64,000 bases of DNA from a virus (IMGVR_UViG_2841778323_000002:13536-77535); one strand, 5' to 3'. Numbered from the stretch's first letter, positions 29,906-39,056 are shown. A program made the numbers and translations. The notes: generated by a model from the letters alone, not told the origin.

Positions 29906-31496
29906 ATTTACCTGAAGCTATAGTATTACTTGAATTGATACCTATTAGGTTTACCTTTATTGTGTCTGTATCAGAGTCCCATGTCATGTAATCTACTACT
30001 GTAGATAGTAACAGTCTCTTCTTATTGATATCAGAGGTATCAATTTCTTTATTGAATTTATTTAAATTATCTATAAGCATATTTATATTAATATCAACTT
30101 GATTATTTTCCATAGACATAGTATTTAAAGATTCTAATTGTGATTTTAAATTAGATAAGTCATTATTTAAAGATTCTAATTTATTGATTATAAAAGTAGA
30201 TGCAGAGCTTTCGGTAACCTTGGCTAGTTGCATAACTAAATTATCAATGTATGTTTCCTTTTCTTTAATTTGATTATTTATTGAGTTTATCTCAGTTTTT
30301 ATATTTTTACTATTCTTAGAGTTTTCTAACTTGCTATCTTTATAACTTGACATTATAGATTTAATACTTTTATTTTTTAATTCATCTATAACTTTAGATT
30401 CAGCCTTATCAGATCTGATATTTCTACAATCACAAGCTGATACTCCTAAAGATTTCTTTGTTCCACATATGTAATAATAGATAGTGCCGCTTTTAGAGTT
30501 TTTATAAGTAATTCTCATATTAGAGCCACACTTAGAACATTTTAAAAGACCTGATAATAATGCTTTACTTCCAGTTCCAGCTCTAGGAGCTTTAGCCTTA
30601 TTTGCATTAAGTAGCCTTTGTGCTTCAATCCATTTATCCGAGTCTATAACACCTTTATGTTTAGCAACAGCAGCTATAGGACTATCTGTATTTTTAGCAT
30701 AAGTTAGGATACCATGTATATTGTCTATATCTCCCATAACATCTATATTAGACTTTCTTAGATAATCAACTACACTTTTATCAGCTTTAACATATGCTGG
30801 ATTTTTTAGGATTAAAGATAAGGCACTAGGATCAAGGTTACCTCCACGAGTTCCTTTAATTCCATTCTCATACATATATTTATAAAGTTTTGAAAGTGAT
30901 CTAAGCTCTAAATATTTATCAAATATCAATTTAACAATTTCTATTGTATCTTCATCAACTTTAAGTTTATACATTTTTCTTTGGTTCATATTTTCATCAT
31001 AGTAGTTAATTTGAGTACTAATAAAACCATATGGAGGCATACCTCCTAGCCATCTTCCTGTTCTAGCTAACTCATACATATTATCTCTAACACGTTCAGC
31101 TATAGTTTCTCGTTCTAACTGAGCAAATACAGATGATATATACATCATAGCACGTCCCATAGGAGTACTAGTATCAAATTGTTCTTTAATTGATACAAAA
31201 GATATATTAAGCTTATTTAGATCTTCTATAAGAGTAGAGAAGTCAGAAACATTACGGGATATTCTATCTAATCTATAACATATTAAATAATCAAACTTTT
31301 TATCTTTAGCATCTTTAAGCATTTCTTTAAACTTTGGTCTATCCATAGATTTACCAGAGAAACCTTCATCTTCGTATACTAAAAATTCATTAACTCCTAG
31401 GTTCTTAGCATAGTCCATGCAAAGTTGTATTTGGTTTTCTATAGATTCACCTTTTCCAGTAAATTTTGATTTTCTTGAATAAATTGCTGCAATCAT
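29904..31496 (-). CDS. Large serine integrase
   Basis: YSRKS catalytic motif, DEGFSG, RLDRISRN, recombinase domain, CxxC...C zinc ribbon, coiled coil. Confidence 0.95.
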   Translation of the reverse strand: MIAAIYSRKSKFTGKGESIENQIQLCMDYAKNLGVNEFLVYEDEGFSGKSMDRPKFKEMLKDAKDKKFDYLICYRLDRISRNVSDFSTLIEDLNKLNISFVSIKEQFDTSTPMGRAMMYISSVFAQLERETIAERVRDNMYELARTGRWLGGMPPYGFISTQINYYDENMNQRKMYKLKVDEDTIEIVKLIFDKYLELRSLSKLYKYMYENGIKGTRGGNLDPSALSLILKNPAYVKADKSVVDYLRKSNIDVMGDIDNIHGILTYAKNTDSPIAAVAKHKGVIDSDKWIEAQRLLNANKAKAPRAGTGSKALLSGLLKCSKCGSNMRITYKNSKSGTIYYYICGTKKSLGVSACDCRNIRSDKAESKVIDELKNKSIKSIMSSYKDSKLENSKNSKNIKTEINSINNQIKEKETYIDNLVMQLAKVTESSASTFIINKLESLNNDLSNLKSQLESLNTMSMENNQVDININMLIDNLNKFNKEIDTSDINKKRLLLSTVVDYMTWDSDTDTIKVNLIGINSSNTIASGK

Positions 31497-31551
31497 AAGA
31501 TTCCCCCTTCTTATATATAGTACAACAATATAGTAAACATATGGTAGGTTA

Positions 31552-32013
31552 TTAATTAAAATTTAAGTGGGTAAACTTATAAGAAATAAACTCGCTAGGA
31601 ACACCAAAGTATTTACTTAATTCATCAATTGTAATTAGATTATTTACCTCCATAATATCGATAAGCATATTATCATCTATCAATAACTCCGCTGTGAATT
31701 TATTTGCTTCATTTTCATATCTATCTGTAACTGAAAATGTATAGTGCTTTAAAAAGCAAACATTAAGATCTTTATGTAAAATTGCATGACCAAGCTCATG
31801 AGAAATAACACACTTAATCTCATGTTCATCTAAATTAGAATTTAAATGAATTATAGGAGTATTAAGTGTATTTTGAAAGAAGCCTTTAATATTGCCTAAA
31901 GGCTCATGAAGAATAGGGATGTTTAAGTAGTCACATAATTCAAATGGATTTCTTGTTTTAAACTTAGTTACTAAATTATTTACTGTATTTTTAATGCTAC
32001 TCAAATTTAACAC
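31552..32013 (-). CDS. ImmA/IrrE-family metalloprotease (anti-repressor)
   Basis: HELGH and ENEANKF motifs; next to the repressor. Confidence 0.9.
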   Translation of the reverse strand: MLNLSSIKNTVNNLVTKFKTRNPFELCDYLNIPILHEPLGNIKGFFQNTLNTPIIHLNSNLDEHEIKCVISHELGHAILHKDLNVCFLKHYTFSVTDRYENEANKFTAELLIDDNMLIDIMEVNNLITIDELSKYFGVPSEFISYKFTHLNFN

Positions 32014-32017
32014 CTCC

Positions 32018-32446
32018 TTATTTCTTAGACTTTTGCATAGTTTTAGCTAATTCAATTCCATTTCTAATTGCATTTCTTAAAAGAACAAGGTCATTATCAT
32101 CAACTATTTGTCCGTTAAGCATAAGACCTTTTTGATCCAAAATTTGAGACATAGTTTCTTCTAATAATTGTTCTACATCCTTTTCTTGATCATTTAGGAT
32201 GACTTTATTATCTGAATTAATTTTTCCTAACATAGTTAACAATTCATCTAGAGATAAATTTATAGCAGTACTAATTTTTTCTAATGCATCTAGTGTTGGT
32301 TCTACTGGCTTTTGGCTTCTAGGATCAACACCTTTCTCTAATTTATCTATATAAGTATGACTAAGTCCGCACTTCTTAGAAAATTCTCTAAGAGATAAGT
32401 CATTATCAAGTCTATATTTTTTTATTATATCTCCTAAGCTTTGCAT
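32018..32446 (-). CDS. CI/ImmR-like XRE repressor
   Basis: N-terminal HTH LSLREFSKKCGLSHTYIDKLEKG. Confidence 0.88.
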   Translation of the reverse strand: MQSLGDIIKKYRLDNDLSLREFSKKCGLSHTYIDKLEKGVDPRSQKPVEPTLDALEKISTAINLSLDELLTMLGKINSDNKVILNDQEKDVEQLLEETMSQILDQKGLMLNGQIVDDNDLVLLRNAIRNGIELAKTMQKSKK

Positions 32447-32492
32447 TATATCACTCCTTTATTAAGTATTTAGTTAAATTATATCAAAAATA

Positions 32493-32808
32493 TGTTAACG
32501 ATAGTTTACAAAAATAAACAAAGTTGTAAAACATAGTTGACTAATAAAAAGAAATGTTGTAAACTATGGTTAACAAGATAGATAAGGAGGATGATCAATA
32601 TTAGAAATAATTTATTTCATATTAGAAAAGAATTAAAAATATCTCAAGAAAATTTAGCAAAAAAAGTAGGTATATCAAGAACATATCTATCTAAAATAGA
32701 AAATGGACATTCTAATCCATCTACAGAAATTACCTACAAAATAGCTAATGTATTAAATACAAGTATAGAGGATATATTTTTTAAGAAGTATGTAAACCAT
32801 AATTAACA
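32493..32808. promoter_or_regulatory. Four 18-bp palindromic operators of the lysogeny switch
   Basis: TGTTAACGATAGTTTACA (32493), TGTAAAACATAGTTGACT (32525), TGTAAACTATGGTTAACA (32558), TGTAAACCATAATTAACA (32791). Confidence 0.8.
32591..32806 (+). CDS. Cro-like XRE HTH protein
   Basis: SQENLAKKVGISRTYLSKIENG; divergent from the repressor. Confidence 0.88.
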   Translation: MINIRNNLFHIRKELKISQENLAKKVGISRTYLSKIENGHSNPSTEITYKIANVLNTSIEDIFFKKYVNHN

Positions 32809-32821
32809 AAGAGGTGTTAGT

Positions 32822-33361
32822 ATGAAGATACTAGATAAAAGAGAAATTTTAGGACAATATGTAACTACATTTGGAAGTTTAGTAAATCCATTATTTTTAG
32901 CTAAGGATGTAGCTAAGTGGATAGATCATAATAAACCAAGTGAAATGATTGCTAACGTTGATAAGAATGAAAAGCTGAAGGCGATAGTATCGCTCTCAGG
33001 TCAGTCGAGAGAAATGTGGTTTTTAACAGAAGATGGGCTTTATGAAGTTTTAATGCAAAGTAGAAAACCTATCGCTAAGAAGTTAAAAAAGGAAATTAAG
33101 AAAATATTAAAACAGATACGACTTACTGGTGGATATATTCCAATATCTATCGAAGATGATGAAAAAATAATCTTAGAAAAAGCTGTAAAAATATTAAATA
33201 AAACTCTAGAAAGCAAAGAAATTCTTTTAAAGCAAAAAGAAGAAGAGTTAGAGGTTTTAAGATTGAGAAATTATATCAAAACAATTGTAATAGCAGAACA
33301 AAGAGAAGAACTTGAAAAATCAAAAGTTACTGTAAAAGTAGATTTGGAAGTTAGTAAATAA
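32822..33361 (+). CDS. Bro-N domain antirepressor
   Basis: PLFLAKDVA and FLTEDGLYEVLMQSRKPIAK motifs. Confidence 0.85.
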   Translation: MKILDKREILGQYVTTFGSLVNPLFLAKDVAKWIDHNKPSEMIANVDKNEKLKAIVSLSGQSREMWFLTEDGLYEVLMQSRKPIAKKLKKEIKKILKQIRLTGGYIPISIEDDEKIILEKAVKILNKTLESKEILLKQKEEELEVLRLRNYIKTIVIAEQREELEKSKVTVKVDLEVSK

Positions 33362-33418
33362 AGATAAATTGCATAGGACAATTTTCAATAAACATAAAAT
33401 TTAGTGGGGGTGGTTGCA

Positions 33419-33670
33419 ATGGCACCAAGAAAAAGCAGAGAAATAAAAGTTGAGGTAGTTTACCCAGAAGATCCATATTGGATTGAGGAAATAGAAAGAA
33501 GAAAAGCTAAATGGATACTTGATAGACAAAGAGAAAAATATGGGGATGAAGCATTGAGTATAGCTTACCCAATATGGATAAGAACAAAGGAATTAGAAGA
33601 AACTGGTTTGAGTTATGAAGAAGCTAAAGAAATAGCAATTAAAGAATATAACGATAAACAAGGAGCTTAG
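33419..33670 (+). CDS. Hypothetical early protein
   Basis: ORF with RBS in the early operon. Confidence 0.65.
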   Translation: MAPRKSREIKVEVVYPEDPYWIEEIERRKAKWILDRQREKYGDEALSIAYPIWIRTKELEETGLSYEEAKEIAIKEYNDKQGA

Positions 33671-33709
33671 GCTCTTTGGCAATGAAAATTTGTACAAGGA
33701 GTGAGTTAA

Positions 33710-33832
33710 ATGAGTATAAAAATACTTCAAAGTTTTATGAAAAAATATAGTTATTTAGGACAAGAACTAGATAATAAATTTGATGAATTAAAAGCTTATA
33801 GTAAGCAAAAAGAGGACAAGCAACATTGTTAA
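33710..33832 (+). CDS. Small hypothetical protein (40 aa)
   Basis: RBS AAGGAGTG; MSIKILQSFMKKYSYLGQ... Confidence 0.55.
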   Translation: MSIKILQSFMKKYSYLGQELDNKFDELKAYSKQKEDKQHC

Positions 33833-33969
33833 ATACAGTATTTCAAAACATTAATTTAATGAAAATAAAAAAAGAGTCCAGAAGGACCCAATAAAAAATT
33901 CCAATTTAATTATATACGTAGATAAAGATAACTACAAGTAAAACTTATAAATTAATAGATTTAAATAAA

Positions 33970-34653
33970 GTGGGGGTGAGTTTCTTGGAGTATAGCATAC
34001 ATGGATTTAGCCAAGAAAAAGCAATAGAACTTGAATTAGATGATAGAGATCTATTGATACTAAAATGGTTTGTAAAATTTAAAGATAGTGAAAGAATGAT
34101 ATCAAAGATCATTTCAGATGATAAGTACTATTGGATTAAGTATGATGGTGTAACAGAGGATATACCTATTACAAAGATGAAGAAGGATACAGTCTATAGA
34201 AGACTAAAGAAAATGTGTAAGATAGGAATATTAAAACATAAAACAGTAAAAATAGGAGGGACATATTCTTATTATGCTCTAGGTAGAAACTATAAATTAT
34301 TAATAGATACTAACTATAGGACATCGGATTTAAATCCGAAGCTATCGGAAATGAATCCCGAGGGTACGGATATAAATCCTTACGGTACGGATTTAAATCC
34401 CGAACAAAAGACCCTATTACCATATCCTAATACTATATCTATTGATAGAGTAACTAGTGTAAATTTATCCACAGATTTGAATAGTATAAAAGATATGTAT
34501 AAATTATCTGATAGTGAACTAAAAAGTATAGTTTTAGCAGTAGATATATCTGTTGAAGATGGAACAATTAAATCACCAAAAGGCAGCGAGGGATATTGGA
34601 AGTATATACATAAAATATGCAAAGACAAGTTAAGTTCAAAAAAAGGAAATTAG
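33970..34653 (+). CDS. Replication initiator (winged-HTH N-terminus)
   Basis: YSIHGFSQEK...YYWIKY...VYRRLKK motif; internal iterons. Confidence 0.75.
   Translation: MGVSFLEYSIHGFSQEKAIELELDDRDLLILKWFVKFKDSERMISKIISDDKYYWIKYDGVTEDIPITKMKKDTVYRRLKKMCKIGILKHKTVKIGGTYSYYALGRNYKLLIDTNYRTSDLNPKLSEMNPEGTDINPYGTDLNPEQKTLLPYPNTISIDRVTSVNLSTDLNSIKDMYKLSDSELKSIVLAVDISVEDGTIKSPKGSEGYWKYIHKICKDKLSSKKGN
34324..34402. repeat. Four ~21-bp iterons, probable replication origin
   Basis: CGGATTTAAATCC / CGGAAATGAATCC / CGGATATAAATCC / CGGATTTAAATCC at ~21-nt spacing. Confidence 0.75.
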
Positions 34654-34667
34654 GAGTGATATAAACT

Positions 34668-34799
34668 ATGGGAATAATAGAAGCAGCTAAGATTCTTAGA
34701 GACATAGCAAAGCAGATTGCTAAAGATAGAGGTATAACAGAACAAGAAGCATGGTTAGAAGCTTTAGAGGTATTCAAAAGAGAATATAGAGTTTGGTAA
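34668..34799 (+). CDS. Small hypothetical protein (43 aa)
   Basis: RBS AGGAGTG; MGIIEAAKILRDIAKQIAKDRGITEQEAW... Confidence 0.65.
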   Translation: MGIIEAAKILRDIAKQIAKDRGITEQEAWLEALEVFKREYRVW

Positions 34800-34872
34800 G
34801 TTTATATTTAAGGTTAGAATAAAAAATACCTAGTAGAGATAGCATTGCAATTAATATAAGAAAAGCGAGAAC

Positions 34873-35328
34873 CTACTGTTTCGCTTTTCCTATAGTGTTT
34901 CTCAAGGTTGATGAAGAGTTATAACCTAAAGAAAAAGAAGTTATTGAATCTATTAATCTATCAGCATCATTCTTATCTATATAAACCTTTATATTTATTA
35001 TAGAAATTTTGTAATAGTTTAATATGACCTGCATGGATAGGATAACATCATTATCTTCTTTAGAAAGCTTTGAAGTTTTATTAGTTAGACTATCGATTAA
35101 TGTTTCTATAAATTTAATATCTTTATTGGCTTTAGCAGGATCAATGTTTTTTGTAGCAACAGATTGTACCAATAAATACATATAATTATCTATTATTTCT
35201 AATTCTTTAATATATTCGTTTTGAATTGGATTCGGAGCTAGAGAATTAAATGCATATGTTGTATTTATATTTATTGTAAATAGAATTAATACAATTGAAA
35301 ATACAATACTTAATTTCTTTATAAACAT
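34873..35328 (-). CDS. Secreted helical moron protein
   Basis: RBS AAGGAGG; signal peptide ending TYA; own terminator at 34861-34888; SigG-like promoter upstream. Confidence 0.7.
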   Translation of the reverse strand: MFIKKLSIVFSIVLILFTININTTYAFNSLAPNPIQNEYIKELEIIDNYMYLLVQSVATKNIDPAKANKDIKFIETLIDSLTNKTSKLSKEDNDVILSMQVILNYYKISIINIKVYIDKNDADRLIDSITSFSLGYNSSSTLRNTIGKAKQ

Positions 35329-35426
35329 ATATTCACCTCCTTTATACAACTATTATGTGTAGATGAAAAACTATAAATTCAGAATATGTAATAAAAATTT
35401 ATATAAAAAAGAAAAGTTAAATAGGG

Positions 35427-35951
35427 GTGATAAGAGTGAAATATTCTAATTCTTATGATTTTGATTTTACAGATAACTATATGGCTTTATTAGCTTGCAT
35501 ATTAAATCCAAGTTTAACTATAGGAAAAGCTATTAAACAGATAACTCTTTATGATCCTAAGGATGATAAAGGAGGATATTATAGAAAGGTTAAACCTAAA
35601 CAGAATCATAATTATAAAGTTAAGGTTTTAGATGAAGTTGAAAAGAAAGAAATAGAATTTGATGAACTAGATGATTGTTGTAAATTTCTAGATATGAGAA
35701 GGGCAGATATAACAACTTATATAAAGCACAATAGATTGTTTAGAAAGATATTTAGGATACAAGCTTTAGAAACTATAAGAGAAGTTGAAAGAAAGCCGTT
35801 GATAGTTATAGATAAATTAAAAAATGAGACTATAGAGTTTGAGAGTGTTAATAAAGCATGTGACTATTTAAATGCTAGCAGAGGCAATTTAAATCAAGCC
35901 ATAGAAGCTAAAAGACTTTTTAGAAAGGATATAAACTTGAGTATAAAATAA
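35427..35951 (+). CDS. Protein with two NUMOD1/IENR1-like HTH repeats
   Basis: IEFDELDDCCKFL and IEFESVNKACDYL repeats. Confidence 0.6.
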   Translation: MIRVKYSNSYDFDFTDNYMALLACILNPSLTIGKAIKQITLYDPKDDKGGYYRKVKPKQNHNYKVKVLDEVEKKEIEFDELDDCCKFLDMRRADITTYIKHNRLFRKIFRIQALETIREVERKPLIVIDKLKNETIEFESVNKACDYLNASRGNLNQAIEAKRLFRKDINLSIK

Positions 35952-35963
35952 GGGGTGATAAGA

Positions 35964-36185
35964 ATGAGTAAATCAACAGAGTTAAAGTATGTTGAAATAG
36001 AACTTAGTATACCCAGTGTAAAAGAAATATTCTTTAAAGCAAGTGACTATAAAACATATACAAATTATATGGCACTAGCACAATGTATATGTGGTAAAGA
36101 GATCAATGGAAAATTAAGGTTTCCAGAAAGTGCAGATAAAATAATGAGTGCTTGGGGGATCAGAGGTGGAAATAAGGAGGAATAA
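35964..36185 (+). CDS. Hypothetical protein
   Basis: RBS AGGGGTG; NYMALAQCI motif shared with the upstream gene. Confidence 0.6.
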   Translation: MSKSTELKYVEIELSIPSVKEIFFKASDYKTYTNYMALAQCICGKEINGKLRFPESADKIMSAWGIRGGNKEE

Positions 36186-36228
36186 ATTTATGGATTAAAA
36201 GAAAGATAAGTTATAGGTGGTGGAAAAT

Positions 36229-36327
36229 ATGAAAAATCGAGATAAATTGTTTATATTAATTGCTATAGTTATAGCTATTATAATTTTAATTTGTTTTAAG
36301 CTATTTGCTAGTATAGGTATAAGTTGA
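36229..36327 (+). CDS. 32-aa single-TM peptide
   Basis: RBS AGGTGG; MKNRDKLFILIAIVIAIIILICFKLFASIGIS*; bidirectional terminator at 36350-36377. Confidence 0.55.
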   Translation: MKNRDKLFILIAIVIAIIILICFKLFASIGIS

Positions 36328-36708
36328 GAATATTTTTTATTTAGAGTTAAAAAGGACTAGCGTTAACTAGTCCTTTTGGGAATTGGATATTGAGAGTTAA
36401 AATTTGAAAATAGTCTAAATAAACTGCATTTAAACTGTTAAAGGGTAAAATCTATTGATATCTTCAAATGTCAATTTTATTATTTGTCTATTTATTGAAA
36501 AATATTCAAAAACTCAGTAAATTTAAATATAAAATTTAAATTTATTATGAAAGTTTATATAAATTTTATTTTAATTAAGTAAAAATTAAGAATAAGGGTA
36601 TATAATAATTAATCATATAGATATACAAGGGTTACCTTAGATGATAAATATATTTATATAGGTAGTTTTATTGATAGAAATTGTTAGAAATATGTTAGGA
36701 GTGATAGT

Positions 36709-36966
36709 ATGAATGGCAAAAATAATAAAGGCATTGTGAGAAATATCGATTCACTAGGAAGAATCGTAATACCAAAGGAATTTAGAAAAATGTTAAATAT
36801 AAATGAAAATGATCCAGTTGAAATATTATGTGAAAACGGAACTATTAAGCTTAAAAAACATAATAATTCGTGTATTTTATGTGGATCAAAAGAAAATTTA
36901 AAAAACATCAAAAATATTTTTATATGTGAAAAATGTCTAGAAGAAATGAAAGATATTATTGATTAA
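36709..36966 (+). CDS. abrB: AbrB-family transition-state regulator homologue
   Basis: GIVRNIDSLGRIVIPKEFR; C-terminal CILCG...ICEKC. Confidence 0.85.
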   Translation: MNGKNNKGIVRNIDSLGRIVIPKEFRKMLNINENDPVEILCENGTIKLKKHNNSCILCGSKENLKNIKNIFICEKCLEEMKDIID

Positions 36967-36990
36967 AAGAAAAACGGGAAGTGACTGCCT

Positions 36991-37494
36991 ATGGAGAAAA
37001 AAGAATTATTTAAAAAAGTAGAATTAAGATTGCATAATTATAAGTTTCTAGAAACTCAAATAAATAATATAGAATTAGATATAAAGAAAGAGAAAATGAG
37101 ATATAGAGGTTGTGGAGCTATAAATTATGATGAAAGAACAAGTGAAACTTATAATATTTCTAGAATTGTTGAAAAAGAGGTTATAGATAAAGAGAAGAAA
37201 ATAGATAAATTGATGCAAAGTAAATTAGAAAAAGAAATAGAGAAAGCGAAAATAGAAAACTCATTAAGTTGCTTAGATGTTAATGAAACTAATTTCTTTG
37301 AATTATTTTATAATAGCAAAAATAAAAATAATATGAAATATATAAGCCTTAAGCTACACATGGATCGCAGTCATTGCTACACAGTAAGAGAGCGATTAGT
37401 TTATAAAATTATGGGTATGTTGTATCCAAATTATGAAGAACTACCATTATTTAATGAAAATAATAGCAAAGCCAACACTTTGGCTACATTTTAG
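36991..37494 (+). CDS. ArpU/RinA-like late transcription activator
   Basis: FKKVE..L.NYK, AINYDE motifs, C-terminal HTH; position at end of the early region. Confidence 0.75.
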   Translation: MEKKELFKKVELRLHNYKFLETQINNIELDIKKEKMRYRGCGAINYDERTSETYNISRIVEKEVIDKEKKIDKLMQSKLEKEIEKAKIENSLSCLDVNETNFFELFYNSKNKNNMKYISLKLHMDRSHCYTVRERLVYKIMGMLYPNYEELPLFNENNSKANTLATF

Positions 37495-37540
37495 CGACAA
37501 AGTAAAGATTTTTTATACATTCAGAGGTGGTAATATAGTA
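37468..37540 (+). promoter_or_regulatory. Probable late promoter with activator-binding repeats
   Basis: GCCAACA/GCTACA/GCGACA repeats at the 3' end of the activator gene; TG-G-TAATAT extended -10. Confidence 0.45.
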
Positions 37541-37629
37541 GTATAGGAAATTTAAGATAACTCAATTGCTTATTTCCTAATAACCCCCTCTTTATATAAT
37601 GACTAGGGTATAAATTTACCCTAGCAACG

Positions 37630-37703
37630 TGAGGATATAGTTTAATGGCAAAATAGCTATTTATTTAGAAGATAAGAGGTTCGATTCCTTTTAACCCTCA
37701 CCA
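37630..37703 (+). pseudogene. Degenerate tRNA / tRNA-like element
   Basis: Acceptor TGAGG...CCTCA-CCA, D-loop TAGTTTAATGGCAAAA, T-arm GAGGTTCGATTCCTT; anticodon arm does not pair cleanly. Confidence 0.65.
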
Positions 37704-37945
37704 ATATAACTTTACGGCTCTTAAGAGCACTCTGTAGCGGTATGGAGTATAAACTAGTTACATTTATTAGATTTATTAGCAACAACTTATTACGTTCAAA
37801 AAAGTCAGGACTTTCTCACCTGGCTTTTTTATTTTATATTTACTTTATTTAAATTAGTGTGGGTATATTATAAATTATGTATAATTTAAATATAAGCTAT
37901 TGAACAATAGTAATAAATTATTAATACTTAAGTGGGGGAGATATT

Positions 37946-38146
37946 ATGAGGAAGTGTTTAAGATGCAATGAAATTATGGTTGAAGACTACATGCTGAAAA
38001 CTGAAAATTTTACAGCTCAAGCGTCAGTAGTATTAGGAAAAGGAAGTGGGGTTTTTTCATCAAATAAAGGAAAGATAAAGGCTTCCGTATGCCCAAATTG
38101 TGGAGAAATTTCAATATTTTTTGATAAGCTAGATAAAATTAAATAG
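37946..38146 (+). CDS. Zn-ribbon small protein
   Basis: CLRC ... CPNCG. Confidence 0.75.
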   Translation: MRKCLRCNEIMVEDYMLKTENFTAQASVVLGKGSGVFSSNKGKIKASVCPNCGEISIFFDKLDKIK

Positions 38147-38241
38147 TGTATTCATATTAAAAGTATATGAATTTAAAGTGGACAATTAGGGTCCATTTTT
38201 TTTATAGGTTTGTATTCAAATGAGATTTGAGGTGGGGAGAT

Positions 38242-38790
38242 ATGAACTATGTAGAACCTATTAGAAATTTAGATACATTAGAAAATATGTGTTCCTATTT
38301 AAAAAAGACAAATGAAAGAGACTACCTTCTATTTATGATGGGTATATATACAGGTCTTAGAGTATCAGATATATTAAAGTTTAGAATATATGATGTAAAA
38401 GATAAAAGGCAAATAGTCTTAAGAGAAAAGAAAACAGGGAAACAAAAATTCATAGAGATAAACCCAATACTGAAAAGAGCAATTAAAGATTATGTAGAGA
38501 ACAAGGATCCTGATGATTTTTTAATTAAATCACGTAAAAACTATAATAGACCTATCTCTAGAGAAAGGGCATATGTAATTTTAAAAGAGTTGGGAGAATT
38601 ATTTGATGTTCCTTGTTTAGGAACTCATAGTATGAGAAAAACATGGGGATATCATTACTATAAGCAAACCAAAGATATAGCATTACTTCAGAAGATATTT
38701 AACCATTCATCTCCAGCTGTAACCTTACATTATATAGGTATAGACCAAGACAGAATGAATAAAGCTTATACGAGCTTTAGATATTTTTAA
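38242..38790 (+). CDS. Small tyrosine recombinase (catalytic domain only)
   Basis: TGLRVSD, EKKTGK, HSMRKT, NHSS and HYIG catalytic residues. Confidence 0.9.
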   Translation: MNYVEPIRNLDTLENMCSYLKKTNERDYLLFMMGIYTGLRVSDILKFRIYDVKDKRQIVLREKKTGKQKFIEINPILKRAIKDYVENKDPDDFLIKSRKNYNRPISRERAYVILKELGELFDVPCLGTHSMRKTWGYHYYKQTKDIALLQKIFNHSSPAVTLHYIGIDQDRMNKAYTSFRYF

Positions 38791-38805
38791 CTTAATTTTA
38801 TCTAG

Positions 38806-38947
38806 AATATAACATAAAAAGAGAATGTTATATTGGTTTATTTTACATAGAAAAAATAAAGGTTGAAGTCATTGAAAATACTAAGTCTACAGTGGTATAT
38901 AAGTTGATAAAATGAATATAACACACTATTAGATATGTTATGTTCAT
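38806..38947. repeat. Two related inverted-repeat sites, candidate recombinase sites
   Basis: AATATAACA-11-TGTTATATT (38806-38834) and AATATAACA-12-TGTTATGTT (38915-38944). Confidence 0.65.
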
Positions 38948-39056
38948 AAGGCATTTATAATCAATTTAAACATCTAATAAATTATAGAAAAATTTGTATA
39001 TTACCAAAGCTTAAGGGAAATTATAATTACTAATTATGATTTTGGAGGTATAGTTG

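Noticed and set aside
37630-37703. Functional tRNA with assignable anticodon
   Set aside because: The anticodon stem cannot be paired and the acceptor stem has mismatches; kept only as tRNA-like
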